Of a DNA stretch of 56,721 nucleotides, positions 47,921-56,721 are shown one piece after another. The notes beneath the pieces are model-generated. The model had not been told where the DNA came from. It was given only the letters and a program-made list of their open reading frames with translations, and ran no database searches. The first letter of the stretch is position 1. Every line of letters starts with the position of its first letter. The DNA is from an uncultured Bacilli bacterium. GTDB taxonomy: Bacteria > Bacillota_I > Bacilli_A > RF39 > UBA660. Made by a program: the position numbers and the translations under genes. The stretch covers positions 1 through 56,721 of the forward strand of contig CALVXD010000003.1 of assembly GCA_944368815.1 (NCBI GenBank), read 5' to 3'.

Positions 47921-50545
47921 ATGGAAAAATATGTTTATTCCTTTAATGAAGGAAACAGAGATATGCGTAATTTGCTAGGAGGCAAAGGGGCTAATCTTGC
48001 AGAGATGAAATCTATTGGATTACCTGTTCCAAATGGATTTACGGTTACAACTGAGGCTTGTAATAAATACTATGATGATGGTAAAGTTATAAGTGAAGAA
48101 GTAAAAAAACAAATATTTGAAAAATTAGAAGAATTAGAAAAAGTATCAGGTAAAAAAATGGGTGATTTAAATAATCCTTTACTTGTATCAGTAAGAAGCG
48201 GTGCAAGAGCATCTATGCCTGGTATGATGGATACTGTTTTGAATTTAGGACTTAATGATGAAGTTGCTAAAAATTTTGCAGAAGCTACACAAAATAGAAG
48301 ATTTGCATATGACTCTTATCGAAGATTTATCATGATGTTTGCAGATGTTGTAAAAGGATATTCTAAGAGTTCTTTTGAAAGAGTATTAGATGAATTTAAA
48401 GAAAAGAAAAATGCTAAATTTGATACAGATTTAAATGAAGATGATATGTATGAAATAGCAATGAAATTTAAAGATATTTATAAAGAATTATCAGGAGAAG
48501 ATTTCCCACAAGATCCGAAAGTTCAATTAATTGAAGCTGTAACTGCAGTATTTAGATCTTGGAACAATGAAAGAGCAATTATTTATAGAAGAATGAATGA
48601 TATTCCATCTTCTTGGGGAACTGCTGTTAATGTTCAAGAAATGGTATATGGAAATCGTGGAGATAACTGTGGAACTGGTGTAGCATTTACAAGAAACCCT
48701 GCAACCGGAGAAAATAAACTATATGGAGAATACTTAATAAATGCTCAAGGAGAAGATGTAGTAGCAGGTGTTAGAACTCCACAAAGCATTGAAACATTAA
48801 AAGAAGAAATGCCAGAAGTATATGAACAATTTTCTAAAATATGTAAAATTCTAGAAGAACATTATAAAGATATGCAAGATATGGAATTTACTATTGAAAA
48901 TGGAAAATTATTTATGTTACAAACAAGAAATGGTAAAAGAACTGCTCAAGCGGCTTTAAAAATTGCTGTTGATATGGTAAAAGAAAAAATGATTACTGAA
49001 GAAGAAGCGATTATGAAAGTAGAACCTAAAGCACTTGATCAATTATTACATAAAACATTTGATAATGTAAGTTTAAAAGAAGCTAAAAAAATAGCTAAAG
49101 GATTAGCAGCATCTCCGGGTGCCGCAGCGGGTAAAATATATTTTAATGCCGAAGATGTTACTAAAGCAGCAAATAATGGAGAAGATACAATCTTAGTTAG
49201 ACTAGAAACATCGCCTGAAGACATTCAAGGTATGAGTGACGCAAGAGGAATATTAACTATCCGTGGTGGTATGACTTCACATGCAGCAGTAGTAGCAAGA
49301 GGTATGGGAAGATGCTGTGTAAGTGGATGTGGAGAATTAAAGATAGATGAAGAAGCAAAGACACTTACAACTAGTGATGGAAAAGTATATAAAGAAGGAG
49401 ATACTATCTCACTTGATGGCTCTACTGGATATGTATATGATGGACTAGTTAAAACAGTAGATCCTGAAATTAGTGGTGACTTTGAAAAATTCATGGGTTG
49501 GGTAGATAAAACAAGAACTATAGGTGTTAGAACTAATGCTGATAATCCAAGAGATACTATCCAAGCAATTAAGTTTGGAGCAGAAGGTATTGGACTTTGT
49601 CGTACTGAGCATATGTTCTTTGAAACAGATAGAATTTTTGCGGTAAGACAAATGATTACTGCAGAAACAAAAGAACAAAGAGAAGCAGCGCTAAACAAAA
49701 TATTACCAATGCAAAGAAAAGACTTTGAAGAAATGTATACAGCCTTAGAAGGAAGACCTATGACAGTAAGATACTTAGATCCACCTTTACATGAATTCTT
49801 ACCACATACTGATGAAGAGATAAAGCCACTTGCTAAAGAATTAGGAATGACTTTTGAAGCGTTAAAAACAAGAATAGACTCTCTTAAAGAGTTTAACCCA
49901 ATGATGGGACATAGAGGTTGTAGATTATCTATAACTTATCCAGAAATTGCCGTAATGCAAACAAGAGCTGTAATAGAAGCAGCATTAAATGTTAAAGAAA
50001 AAGGAATAAACGTAGAACCAGAAATAATGATACCTTTAGTAGGAGACATAAATGAACTTAAATATGTAAGAAATATTGTTGTAGAAACTGCTGAAGAAAT
50101 ACTTAAAGAAAGAAAAGCAAAATTAAAATATAAAATTGGTACAATGATTGAAATACCAAGAGCAGCCCTTTTAGCAGATGAAATAGCAGAATATGCAGAA
50201 TTTTTCTCATTTGGTACAAATGATTTAACACAAATGACTTATGGATTCTCAAGAGATGATGCTGGTAAATTCTTAAATGATTATTATGATAAAGGTATAT
50301 TTGAAAATGATCCATTCGCAAAACTAGATCAACATGGAGTAGGAAAACTAGTAGAAATGGCCGCTGAATTAGGAAGAAAAACTAGAAAAGATATTAAACT
50401 AGGAATATGTGGAGAACATGGAGGAGATCCAAGCTCAATTGAATTTTGTCGAAAAGTAGGACTTAATTATGTATCATGTTCACCATTTAGAGTGCCAATT
50501 GCAAGACTTGCAGCAGCACAAGCTGAAATAAAAATGAAAAAATAA
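47921..50545 (+). CDS. ppdK: Pyruvate, phosphate dikinase
   Basis: LLGGKGANLAEM, SVRSGAR.SMPGMMDT, GGMTSHAAVVAR, GLCRTEHMF, FGTNDLTQ, GICGEHGG. Confidence 0.97.
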   Translation: MEKYVYSFNEGNRDMRNLLGGKGANLAEMKSIGLPVPNGFTVTTEACNKYYDDGKVISEEVKKQIFEKLEELEKVSGKKMGDLNNPLLVSVRSGARASMPGMMDTVLNLGLNDEVAKNFAEATQNRRFAYDSYRRFIMMFADVVKGYSKSSFERVLDEFKEKKNAKFDTDLNEDDMYEIAMKFKDIYKELSGEDFPQDPKVQLIEAVTAVFRSWNNERAIIYRRMNDIPSSWGTAVNVQEMVYGNRGDNCGTGVAFTRNPATGENKLYGEYLINAQGEDVVAGVRTPQSIETLKEEMPEVYEQFSKICKILEEHYKDMQDMEFTIENGKLFMLQTRNGKRTAQAALKIAVDMVKEKMITEEEAIMKVEPKALDQLLHKTFDNVSLKEAKKIAKGLAASPGAAAGKIYFNAEDVTKAANNGEDTILVRLETSPEDIQGMSDARGILTIRGGMTSHAAVVARGMGRCCVSGCGELKIDEEAKTLTTSDGKVYKEGDTISLDGSTGYVYDGLVKTVDPEISGDFEKFMGWVDKTRTIGVRTNADNPRDTIQAIKFGAEGIGLCRTEHMFFETDRIFAVRQMITAETKEQREAALNKILPMQRKDFEEMYTALEGRPMTVRYLDPPLHEFLPHTDEEIKPLAKELGMTFEALKTRIDSLKEFNPMMGHRGCRLSITYPEIAVMQTRAVIEAALNVKEKGINVEPEIMIPLVGDINELKYVRNIVVETAEEILKERKAKLKYKIGTMIEIPRAALLADEIAEYAEFFSFGTNDLTQMTYGFSRDDAGKFLNDYYDKGIFENDPFAKLDQHGVGKLVEMAAELGRKTRKDIKLGICGEHGGDPSSIEFCRKVGLNYVSCSPFRVPIARLAAAQAEIKMKK

Positions 50546-50649
50546 CCTTGTTGATATATATTTAATTAGACTAAGATATAAAATCTTGGTCTTTTTTTCT
50601 TCCTTATATTTCATATTTACAAAAATAATAACATATGTTAATATATATA

Positions 50650-50671
50650 TATGTGCATATATACGCACATA
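50650..50671. promoter_or_regulatory. ArsR/SmtB-type operator
   Basis: TATGTGCATAT-ATACGCACATA near-perfect palindrome directly before the RBS. Confidence 0.6.
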
Positions 50672-50683
50672 AGGAGGAACAAT

Positions 50684-51019
50684 ATGATATGTGGTAAAAA
50701 TTGTCCTAATTATCATAAAATAAATAATATAAGACAAGAAGTAGAATTAAATAGAATAGAAGAATTATCTAATATATTTAAAATATTATCAGATGCAACT
50801 AGATTAAAAATTGTATGTTCGTTACTTAATAAAGAAATAAGAGTATCTGATATATCAAATAATTTAAATATAAATAGAACTACGGTATCACATCATTTAA
50901 AAACATTAAGAGATAATAAATTAGTTAAATTTAAACAAATTGGTTTAGAAAAATATTATAGTTTAAAGGATCATCATATTGAACAAATAATACTTCAAGG
51001 GATAGATCATATAAAATAG
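50684..51019 (+). CDS. ArsR/SmtB family regulator
   Basis: FKILSDATRLKI, VSHHLKTLR..KLV, YSLKDHH; N-terminal CGKNC; AAGGAGG RBS before 50684. Confidence 0.88.
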   Translation: MICGKNCPNYHKINNIRQEVELNRIEELSNIFKILSDATRLKIVCSLLNKEIRVSDISNNLNINRTTVSHHLKTLRDNKLVKFKQIGLEKYYSLKDHHIEQIILQGIDHIK

Positions 51020-51031
51020 AAAGGTGATAAT

Positions 51032-51736
51032 ATGCTAGAATTAATTAATGTAAATTATGAAATAGATGGTAAAAAAATATTATCAAATATAAATCTAAAA
51101 ATAGATAATAATAAAATAATGATTATAACAGGTCCAAATGGAAGTGGTAAATCTACTTTATCTAAAATTATTATGGGAATATTAAAACCAACAAGTGGAC
51201 AAATATTATGGAATGGCGATGATATAACTAATTTGTCTATAAATAAAAAGAGTAATTTAGGTATATCTTATGCATTCCAACAACCAGTTAGATTTAAAGG
51301 AATTACAGTTAAAGATATTATTGATATATCTTCTCATAAAGAAAATGATATTAATACAATTTCTAATATATTAAATGAGGTAGGTTTAAATTATTCTGAA
51401 TATATGAATAGAGAACTTGATGATAAATTATCAGGAGGAGAATTAAAAAGAATAGAAATAGCTTCTGTAATTGCTAGAAAATCAAAATTAATAATTTTAG
51501 ATGAACCGGAAGCAGGAATAGACTTATGGAGTTTTAATGATCTAATAAATTTATTTGTTAATAAAAAGAAAGAATCAGGTTTATTAATTATATCCCATCA
51601 ACAAAAATTATTTAAAATAGCAGATGAAATAGTATTACTTGAAAATGGAATGATAAAATCTTGTGAAAATTACATTAGTATGAAGAATATGTTATGTTGT
51701 AATAGGTGCGTAAAAAAGGAGAATATCTATGAATAG
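51032..51736 (+). CDS. SufC/SmsC-like ABC ATPase
   Basis: GPNGSGKSTL, AFQQP, LSGGELKRIEIA, DEPEAGID, C-terminal CCNRC. Confidence 0.82.
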   Translation: MLELINVNYEIDGKKILSNINLKIDNNKIMIITGPNGSGKSTLSKIIMGILKPTSGQILWNGDDITNLSINKKSNLGISYAFQQPVRFKGITVKDIIDISSHKENDINTISNILNEVGLNYSEYMNRELDDKLSGGELKRIEIASVIARKSKLIILDEPEAGIDLWSFNDLINLFVNKKKESGLLIISHQQKLFKIADEIVLLENGMIKSCENYISMKNMLCCNRCVKKENIYE

Positions 51737-52643
51737 TGTAGAAAAAGATTTACTTAAAAATGTTATACAAGATGTTAATTATGATTATGCTTACAACATA
51801 AGAAGTAATTCTAAAAGTATTGAAAGAAAGATAACTGATAATGTAAATATTGTAGCCAAAGAAGAAAATAAAGGAATAGACATAATTGTAAAAGATAATG
51901 CTAAATTTGAATATATATATATTCCTGTATTGATAACAGAAAGTGGTCTTACAGATATAGTATATAATGATTTTTATATAGGTAAAAATAGTAATGTTTA
52001 TATTATTGCAGGATGTGCTATCAAAAATGAAGGAGTACAAAAAAGTGAACATAATGGTATTCATAGATTTTTTGTTGAAGAAGGGGCTAATGTTCATTAT
52101 ATGGAAACGCATTATGCTGAGGGACATAAACATAATAGTAAAATTTTAAATCCTGTTACAGAAATATATTTAAAAAATGGTAGTAGTATGGATATGAAAA
52201 GTATTCAAATAAAAGGAGTAGATAAAACAAAAAGAATAACTAAAGCTATTCTTGAAGACAATACTAAATTAGAAATAGTAGAGAAAATAATGACAGATAA
52301 TAATGCTAAAGCAGATACTATTTTTGATGTTAAATTAAACGGTAATAATTCTAGTTGTCATGTTACATCAAGAAGTTTTGCAACAGGAAATTCTAAACAA
52401 AAGTTTAAATCTATAATATATGGAAATAATAAATGTTATTCACATGTAGAATGTGATGCTATTTTAAAGGATAAAGGCAAAGTAGTATCAATACCAGAAA
52501 TAGTTGCTAATAATGTTGATGCTAATTTAGTACATGAAGCAACAATTGGTAAAATAGCAGGTGAGCAATTAATTAAGTTAATGACTCTTGGTCTTACAGA
52601 AAAAGAAGCAGAAGCGGAAATTATAAAAGGATTCTTAAAATAA
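51729..52643 (+). CDS. SufB/SufD-like (SmsB-like) Fe-S scaffold
   Basis: IAGC, HVECDAI, HEATIGKIAGEQL.KLMTLGL.E.EA. Confidence 0.85.
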   Translation: MNSVEKDLLKNVIQDVNYDYAYNIRSNSKSIERKITDNVNIVAKEENKGIDIIVKDNAKFEYIYIPVLITESGLTDIVYNDFYIGKNSNVYIIAGCAIKNEGVQKSEHNGIHRFFVEEGANVHYMETHYAEGHKHNSKILNPVTEIYLKNGSSMDMKSIQIKGVDKTKRITKAILEDNTKLEIVEKIMTDNNAKADTIFDVKLNGNNSSCHVTSRSFATGNSKQKFKSIIYGNNKCYSHVECDAILKDKGKVVSIPEIVANNVDANLVHEATIGKIAGEQLIKLMTLGLTEKEAEAEIIKGFLK

Positions 52644-52892
52644 TAAGAATTTTTTTTATTTATAATTATTTTTTAGATAAAAAATAATAGAATATTATCT
52701 ATGTAGATAAAAATGTAGTGTATATAGTTTTAAAATAAAGAAGTTAGAACTGAATATTGGAAGTTTTTATAGTGTAAAATCTGTTCTACATAAATGAAAC
52801 ATATTTGTTAATTAATTTGTAAAATTATGGAAAGTAAAATTATACTATACAAAATTTGACAAAATTATGCTATAATGTTATAAGACTATGGG

Positions 52893-55196
52893 GTGGTAGT
52901 AATGAAGAATAAAATTCCATATATAATCATAACTATAGCATTGTTTTTTGCTTTAATAAATTTAACAGAAGCTGATGTTATTAAGGCAAAAGTTTATTGC
53001 CCTGATGATAATGAACCTCTTAATATAAGAGAAAGTATTGGGGGAAATATAAAAACGGCATTAGCATGTAATACCGAAGTAAAAGTAATAGACCAAAATG
53101 CTGGTGTTGATGGTAGTGGTAGGACTTGGTATAAAATTGAATATGGAAGTGGTAGTGTAGGCTATGCTGTTTCAACATATATAAAAATACTTGAAACAGT
53201 AAAATTATCTGGTAGTGATAATATATATATAAAAGAAAATTATGATAGTGCTCTAGATTCTGACGGTTTTATGGCTTGTTATGAAGATACTACTGATGTT
53301 AATTTAAGGAGTTCTCCAGGGGGAGACTTAACAGGTAAAAAGGTTAGTTGTGGTGAAAAGGTAAAGATAAATTCAACTAAAGAAGGAAGTGGAACATGTG
53401 GATATTACTATAACATAACTGATTCTAAAGGAAATAGTGGTTATGTATGTGGTTATTATGTAAATACTACTAAATTAAGTTCTACTGCGATAAATTATTA
53501 TAATACAAAAGAAAGTTTGGATGATTATTATCAAACTTTGAGAAATAAGGGATTCCCAGAAAGTTATTTACCATATTTAGCAGAAATTCATGCAAGGCAT
53601 CCTAACTGGATATTTGATGCAGAAAAGATTAATATTGATTTTTCTACGGCGGTTGAAAATGAAAATGCATACGGAAGGAATTTACTTGAAGGTGCTTATT
53701 TTTCTCAGAATTATCTTTCAATGGGAATTAACACATATGATATTTTAAATGATATATTTTATGAGTATTCAACTGAAGCAGGATGGTATGATGCATCATC
53801 TGAAGCAGTTGCATATTATATGGATCCTAGAACATATTTAAATGAAAAATATATATTTGCATTTGAATCATTGAAGTTTAATAGTTCACATAATTCAGAT
53901 ATAATAAAAAAGGTATTAGCGTCTCAAACGTTTTGGCCTAAAGTATATCAAGGATATGATGGAAACATTTATGATGATATTGTCAAAGCCACTAAGGAGG
54001 CTGACATTAGTGCTGTTCATATAGCTAGTCGTATTAAACAAGAGATAACAGGAATTTCTGAAAGTGATCCTAGACTAGGTGGAACTTTTAACTATAATGG
54101 TAAAAGTTATAGTGGATATTATAATTTCTTTAATATTGGAGTTTATGGTGATAATAAGATAGTAAACGGAATGGTATATGCAATGAATAATGGATGGAAT
54201 ACACCATTTAATGCTGTGTATGGCGGTGCTAAATTCATTGGAGAAGGTTATATTTCTATAAATCAAGATACAATGTACTATCAAAAATTTGATGTATCTA
54301 CTACCAATGGACATTACACACATCAATATATGCAAAATTTAGCAGCTCCTATTCAAGAAACAAACACAACATATAATACGTATGTTAATAATCTAAGTGA
54401 TTATCTAAATACAGCAATAAAATTTACTATTCCAGTATATGAGAATATGAGCAATTACGCAGTTGTAGCTCCTAGTGTAGGAAATCCTAACAATTACTTA
54501 AAAGATATAAAAATAGATAATAAAACTGTTACTAATTTTAGTTATGATGAATTTAGTTATGATATAACTGTTCCAGGTAATGTTAATTCTATTAATATAA
54601 GTGCTACCCCAATTAATAGTAAGGCATCTGTAAAAGGAACAGGTAATATCCCTATTACAAATAAAGAAACTACAATTACATTAACAGTTACTTCTGAAAG
54701 TGGTAGAAGTAGAAATTATGTTATTAATGTTACGAAAGATGAAGTAGAAGATATTGAAACTGTTGAGTTAAGTTATATCCTTAACAATATTGGAATAAAG
54801 TATAATGAAAATTATATATATGGTATTAGTGAAGATACTGATATAAAAAGTTTAATTAACAATGTAAGTAAAGTTAGCGCTTATGCTAGTGCAACAATTA
54901 AAGATAAAGACGGAAATAGTAAGACTAGTGGAGTATTTAAAACTGGAGATAAAGTTACTATATCTAATTCCAAAGATGAAATAACATTAACAATATTAAT
55001 GTATGGTGATATTAATGGAGATGGAAAAATAGATAAAGATGATTGCTTAGCGATTTTAAGACATTTAAATGGTTATACAACTTTAAATGATGTTTATAAA
55101 GTTGCAGCTGATCCAAATAAAGATGGAAAAATAGATAAAGATGATTGTTTAGCAATTTTAAGACACTTAAATGGATATACAGATTTGAATAAATAG
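52893..55196 (+). CDS. Secreted cell-wall hydrolase: SH3b x2, glucosaminidase-like domain, cadherin-like domain, dockerin
   Basis: LNIRE/VNLRS + WY...GY SH3b; YYMDPR, QE, YNFFNIG, GW.TP, HQYM; NNYLKDI..YVINV cadherin-like; duplicated DINGDGKID dockerin. Confidence 0.8.
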   Translation: MVVMKNKIPYIIITIALFFALINLTEADVIKAKVYCPDDNEPLNIRESIGGNIKTALACNTEVKVIDQNAGVDGSGRTWYKIEYGSGSVGYAVSTYIKILETVKLSGSDNIYIKENYDSALDSDGFMACYEDTTDVNLRSSPGGDLTGKKVSCGEKVKINSTKEGSGTCGYYYNITDSKGNSGYVCGYYVNTTKLSSTAINYYNTKESLDDYYQTLRNKGFPESYLPYLAEIHARHPNWIFDAEKINIDFSTAVENENAYGRNLLEGAYFSQNYLSMGINTYDILNDIFYEYSTEAGWYDASSEAVAYYMDPRTYLNEKYIFAFESLKFNSSHNSDIIKKVLASQTFWPKVYQGYDGNIYDDIVKATKEADISAVHIASRIKQEITGISESDPRLGGTFNYNGKSYSGYYNFFNIGVYGDNKIVNGMVYAMNNGWNTPFNAVYGGAKFIGEGYISINQDTMYYQKFDVSTTNGHYTHQYMQNLAAPIQETNTTYNTYVNNLSDYLNTAIKFTIPVYENMSNYAVVAPSVGNPNNYLKDIKIDNKTVTNFSYDEFSYDITVPGNVNSINISATPINSKASVKGTGNIPITNKETTITLTVTSESGRSRNYVINVTKDEVEDIETVELSYILNNIGIKYNENYIYGISEDTDIKSLINNVSKVSAYASATIKDKDGNSKTSGVFKTGDKVTISNSKDEITLTILMYGDINGDGKIDKDDCLAILRHLNGYTTLNDVYKVAADPNKDGKIDKDDCLAILRHLNGYTDLNK

Positions 55197-55206
55197 GAGG
55201 AATAAA

Positions 55207-56562
55207 ATGAAGTCAGTAAAAAGAATATTAATATTTATAGTCGCATTTATTATATGTACAAACAGTGTAAGTGCAACAAGTTTAACTATAAAAAGTAGTG
55301 CTTCTTCAATAACAAAGGGAAGCACAGTAACGATTACTTCGTTAATATCAGCAGATAGTGGAATTTATACTACATCAGGTACAGTTAAGTGTACAGGAGC
55401 AGGTGTTAATTCAAGTGTAGATTTAGGTTTTGAAGATTTGAATACTGCAAATAGATCAAAATCTTTCTCACTTACAATAAAACCTACTACATCAGGTACT
55501 GTAACTTGTTCTTCATCTAATGTTAGAATAAGGGAGTTAGCACAAGCTAGTGAGTATGCTTTATCTAATAAATCAATTACAATTACTGTAAAAGAACCTG
55601 CTGTTATACCTCCTAAAGAATATTCTAGTAATAATTATTTAAAATCACTTAGTATTGAAGGATATGAAATAGATTTTGATAAAAATACATTAGAATATTC
55701 TATTGAAGTAGAAAATGATGTAGAAAAAGTTAATATTAAAGCAACAACTGAAGATGGAAATGCTACTGTAAGTGGAACTGGAGAAAAAGAAGTAACTGAA
55801 GGTAATAACAAATTGGAAGTTAAAGTTACTGCTGAAAATGGAAACGAAAGAACTTATGTTATAAATGTTAAAGTAAAAGAGTTAGATCCAATTAATGTTA
55901 AAGTTGATGATGAAGAATATACAGTAATTAGAAAAGAAGATGTATTGGAAGCACCTAAAAATTATGAAAAAACAACTGTCAATATAAATGGAGAAGAAGT
56001 TCTTGCTTATTATAATAGTAAAACTAAATATACTTTAGTAGGACTTAAAGATAAAGATGGGAATGCTAATTATTACATATATGATAATGGTAAATATACA
56101 TTATATAAAGAATACACATTTAATGGTATAACATTATATTTAACAGAAAAAAATGTAGATATTCCAAGTTTCAAAAAAACATCATTTAACTATGCTGAAG
56201 ATTCATTGGAAGGATATAAATTTGCTGATGATAATTTAATAAAGAAAACATATGCACTTGATGATACTGATTTACAAAATTTTTACTTATTTTATGCAGT
56301 TAATATAGAAACAGGAGAAGAAAGTTTATATCAATATGATCCGTCTGAAGGAACAGTTCAAAAATATAGTGCATCAATGATGAATTTACTTGAAATGTAT
56401 AAAAATGAAGCAAATAGAAACTTTATATTGTTTGTAGTTGTTAGTGTTGTATTAGTACTTTTAATTGTAATTAAAATAGTTACATCTATTATTAAAAAGA
56501 AAAAAGATAATAATGGAATTAGTAAAAAAAGAAAATTAAATGTCAAAGAAATAGATTTATAA
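55207..56562 (+). CDS. Membrane-anchored surface protein with cohesin-like and cadherin-like domains
   Basis: Signal peptide; Ser/Thr-rich beta domain (GSTVTIT); SSNNYLKSLSI...VTAENG..RTY; C-terminal TM plus basic tail. Confidence 0.7.
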   Translation: MKSVKRILIFIVAFIICTNSVSATSLTIKSSASSITKGSTVTITSLISADSGIYTTSGTVKCTGAGVNSSVDLGFEDLNTANRSKSFSLTIKPTTSGTVTCSSSNVRIRELAQASEYALSNKSITITVKEPAVIPPKEYSSNNYLKSLSIEGYEIDFDKNTLEYSIEVENDVEKVNIKATTEDGNATVSGTGEKEVTEGNNKLEVKVTAENGNERTYVINVKVKELDPINVKVDDEEYTVIRKEDVLEAPKNYEKTTVNINGEEVLAYYNSKTKYTLVGLKDKDGNANYYIYDNGKYTLYKEYTFNGITLYLTEKNVDIPSFKKTSFNYAEDSLEGYKFADDNLIKKTYALDDTDLQNFYLFYAVNIETGEESLYQYDPSEGTVQKYSASMMNLLEMYKNEANRNFILFVVVSVVLVLLIVIKIVTSIIKKKKDNNGISKKRKLNVKEIDL

Positions 56563-56595
56563 CATATAATATATTAGCATTACGAGTAATGTTTT

Positions 56596-56628
56596 GGCTA
56601 GATACAAGGTTTTGTATTTAGCCTTTTT
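56596..56628 (+). terminator. Intrinsic terminator
   Basis: GGCTAGATACAA...TTGTATTTAGCC followed by T-run. Confidence 0.65.
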
Positions 56629-56645
56629 ATTAAATCTTGTTTGTT

Positions 56646-56721
56646 TCGTGAAATGAAAAAGTAAATTCCAGTTTCATAAAGTGAAATTAAAATGTAAGAG
56701 AAACGTCCATAATATGGGCGT
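56646..56721. mobile_element. Terminal fragment of an insertion sequence (inverted repeat at 56646-56676)
   Basis: Reverse complement of 49-79; the internal sequence then diverges, as expected for the opposite end of the same IS type. Confidence 0.65.

Noticed and set aside
7373-56546. Short ORFs antisense to or nested in real genes (e.g. 7373, 9420, 20993, 22002, 22296, 24529, 25345, 26661, 27565, 30161, 35735, 39831, 42056, 42581, 44589, 44791, 49039-50737 set, 51750, 54075, 56358)
   Set aside because: Shadow frames of well-supported genes, with no convincing RBS or motif
1-56721. Mollicute genetic code 4 suggested by extreme AT content
   Set aside because: TGA terminates intact genes and long ORFs are complete under code 11

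Overview
Very AT-rich chromosomal contig from a low-GC Firmicute, with standard genetic code, murC/dacA and sporulation-type promoters. It resembles reduced gut Bacilli such as RF39, but the taxonomy is inference. Both ends carry the same 31-bp inverted repeat, probably IS termini that broke the assembly. About 50 CDS, mostly on the + strand, include housekeeping genes (coaE/coaD, nrdD/nrdG, recX, trpS, murC, trmB, tdk, ppdK, a Xer recombinase), transporters, a two-component/ABC module, a minimal SufCB pair and tRNA-Cys. Most notable features: (1) an orphan one-spacer CRISPR-like unit (36+30 bp period) with its own promoter and terminator, lying between two Fic-domain genes; (2) about 21-bp DNA palindromes embedded in-frame in three unrelated accessory DNA-binding genes, one of them copied next to that gene's own promoter; (3) a LysR-divergent coaE-coaD-MBL-NUDIX/PHP operon that looks like CoA salvage; (4) a class III ribonucleotide reductase whose glycyl-radical domain is a separate 59-aa gene; (5) a 191-bp MITE that duplicated a whole terminator hairpin; (6) a dockerin-bearing cell-wall hydrolase next to a membrane-anchored cohesin-like protein. 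All calls come from reading motifs by eye; no searches were run.
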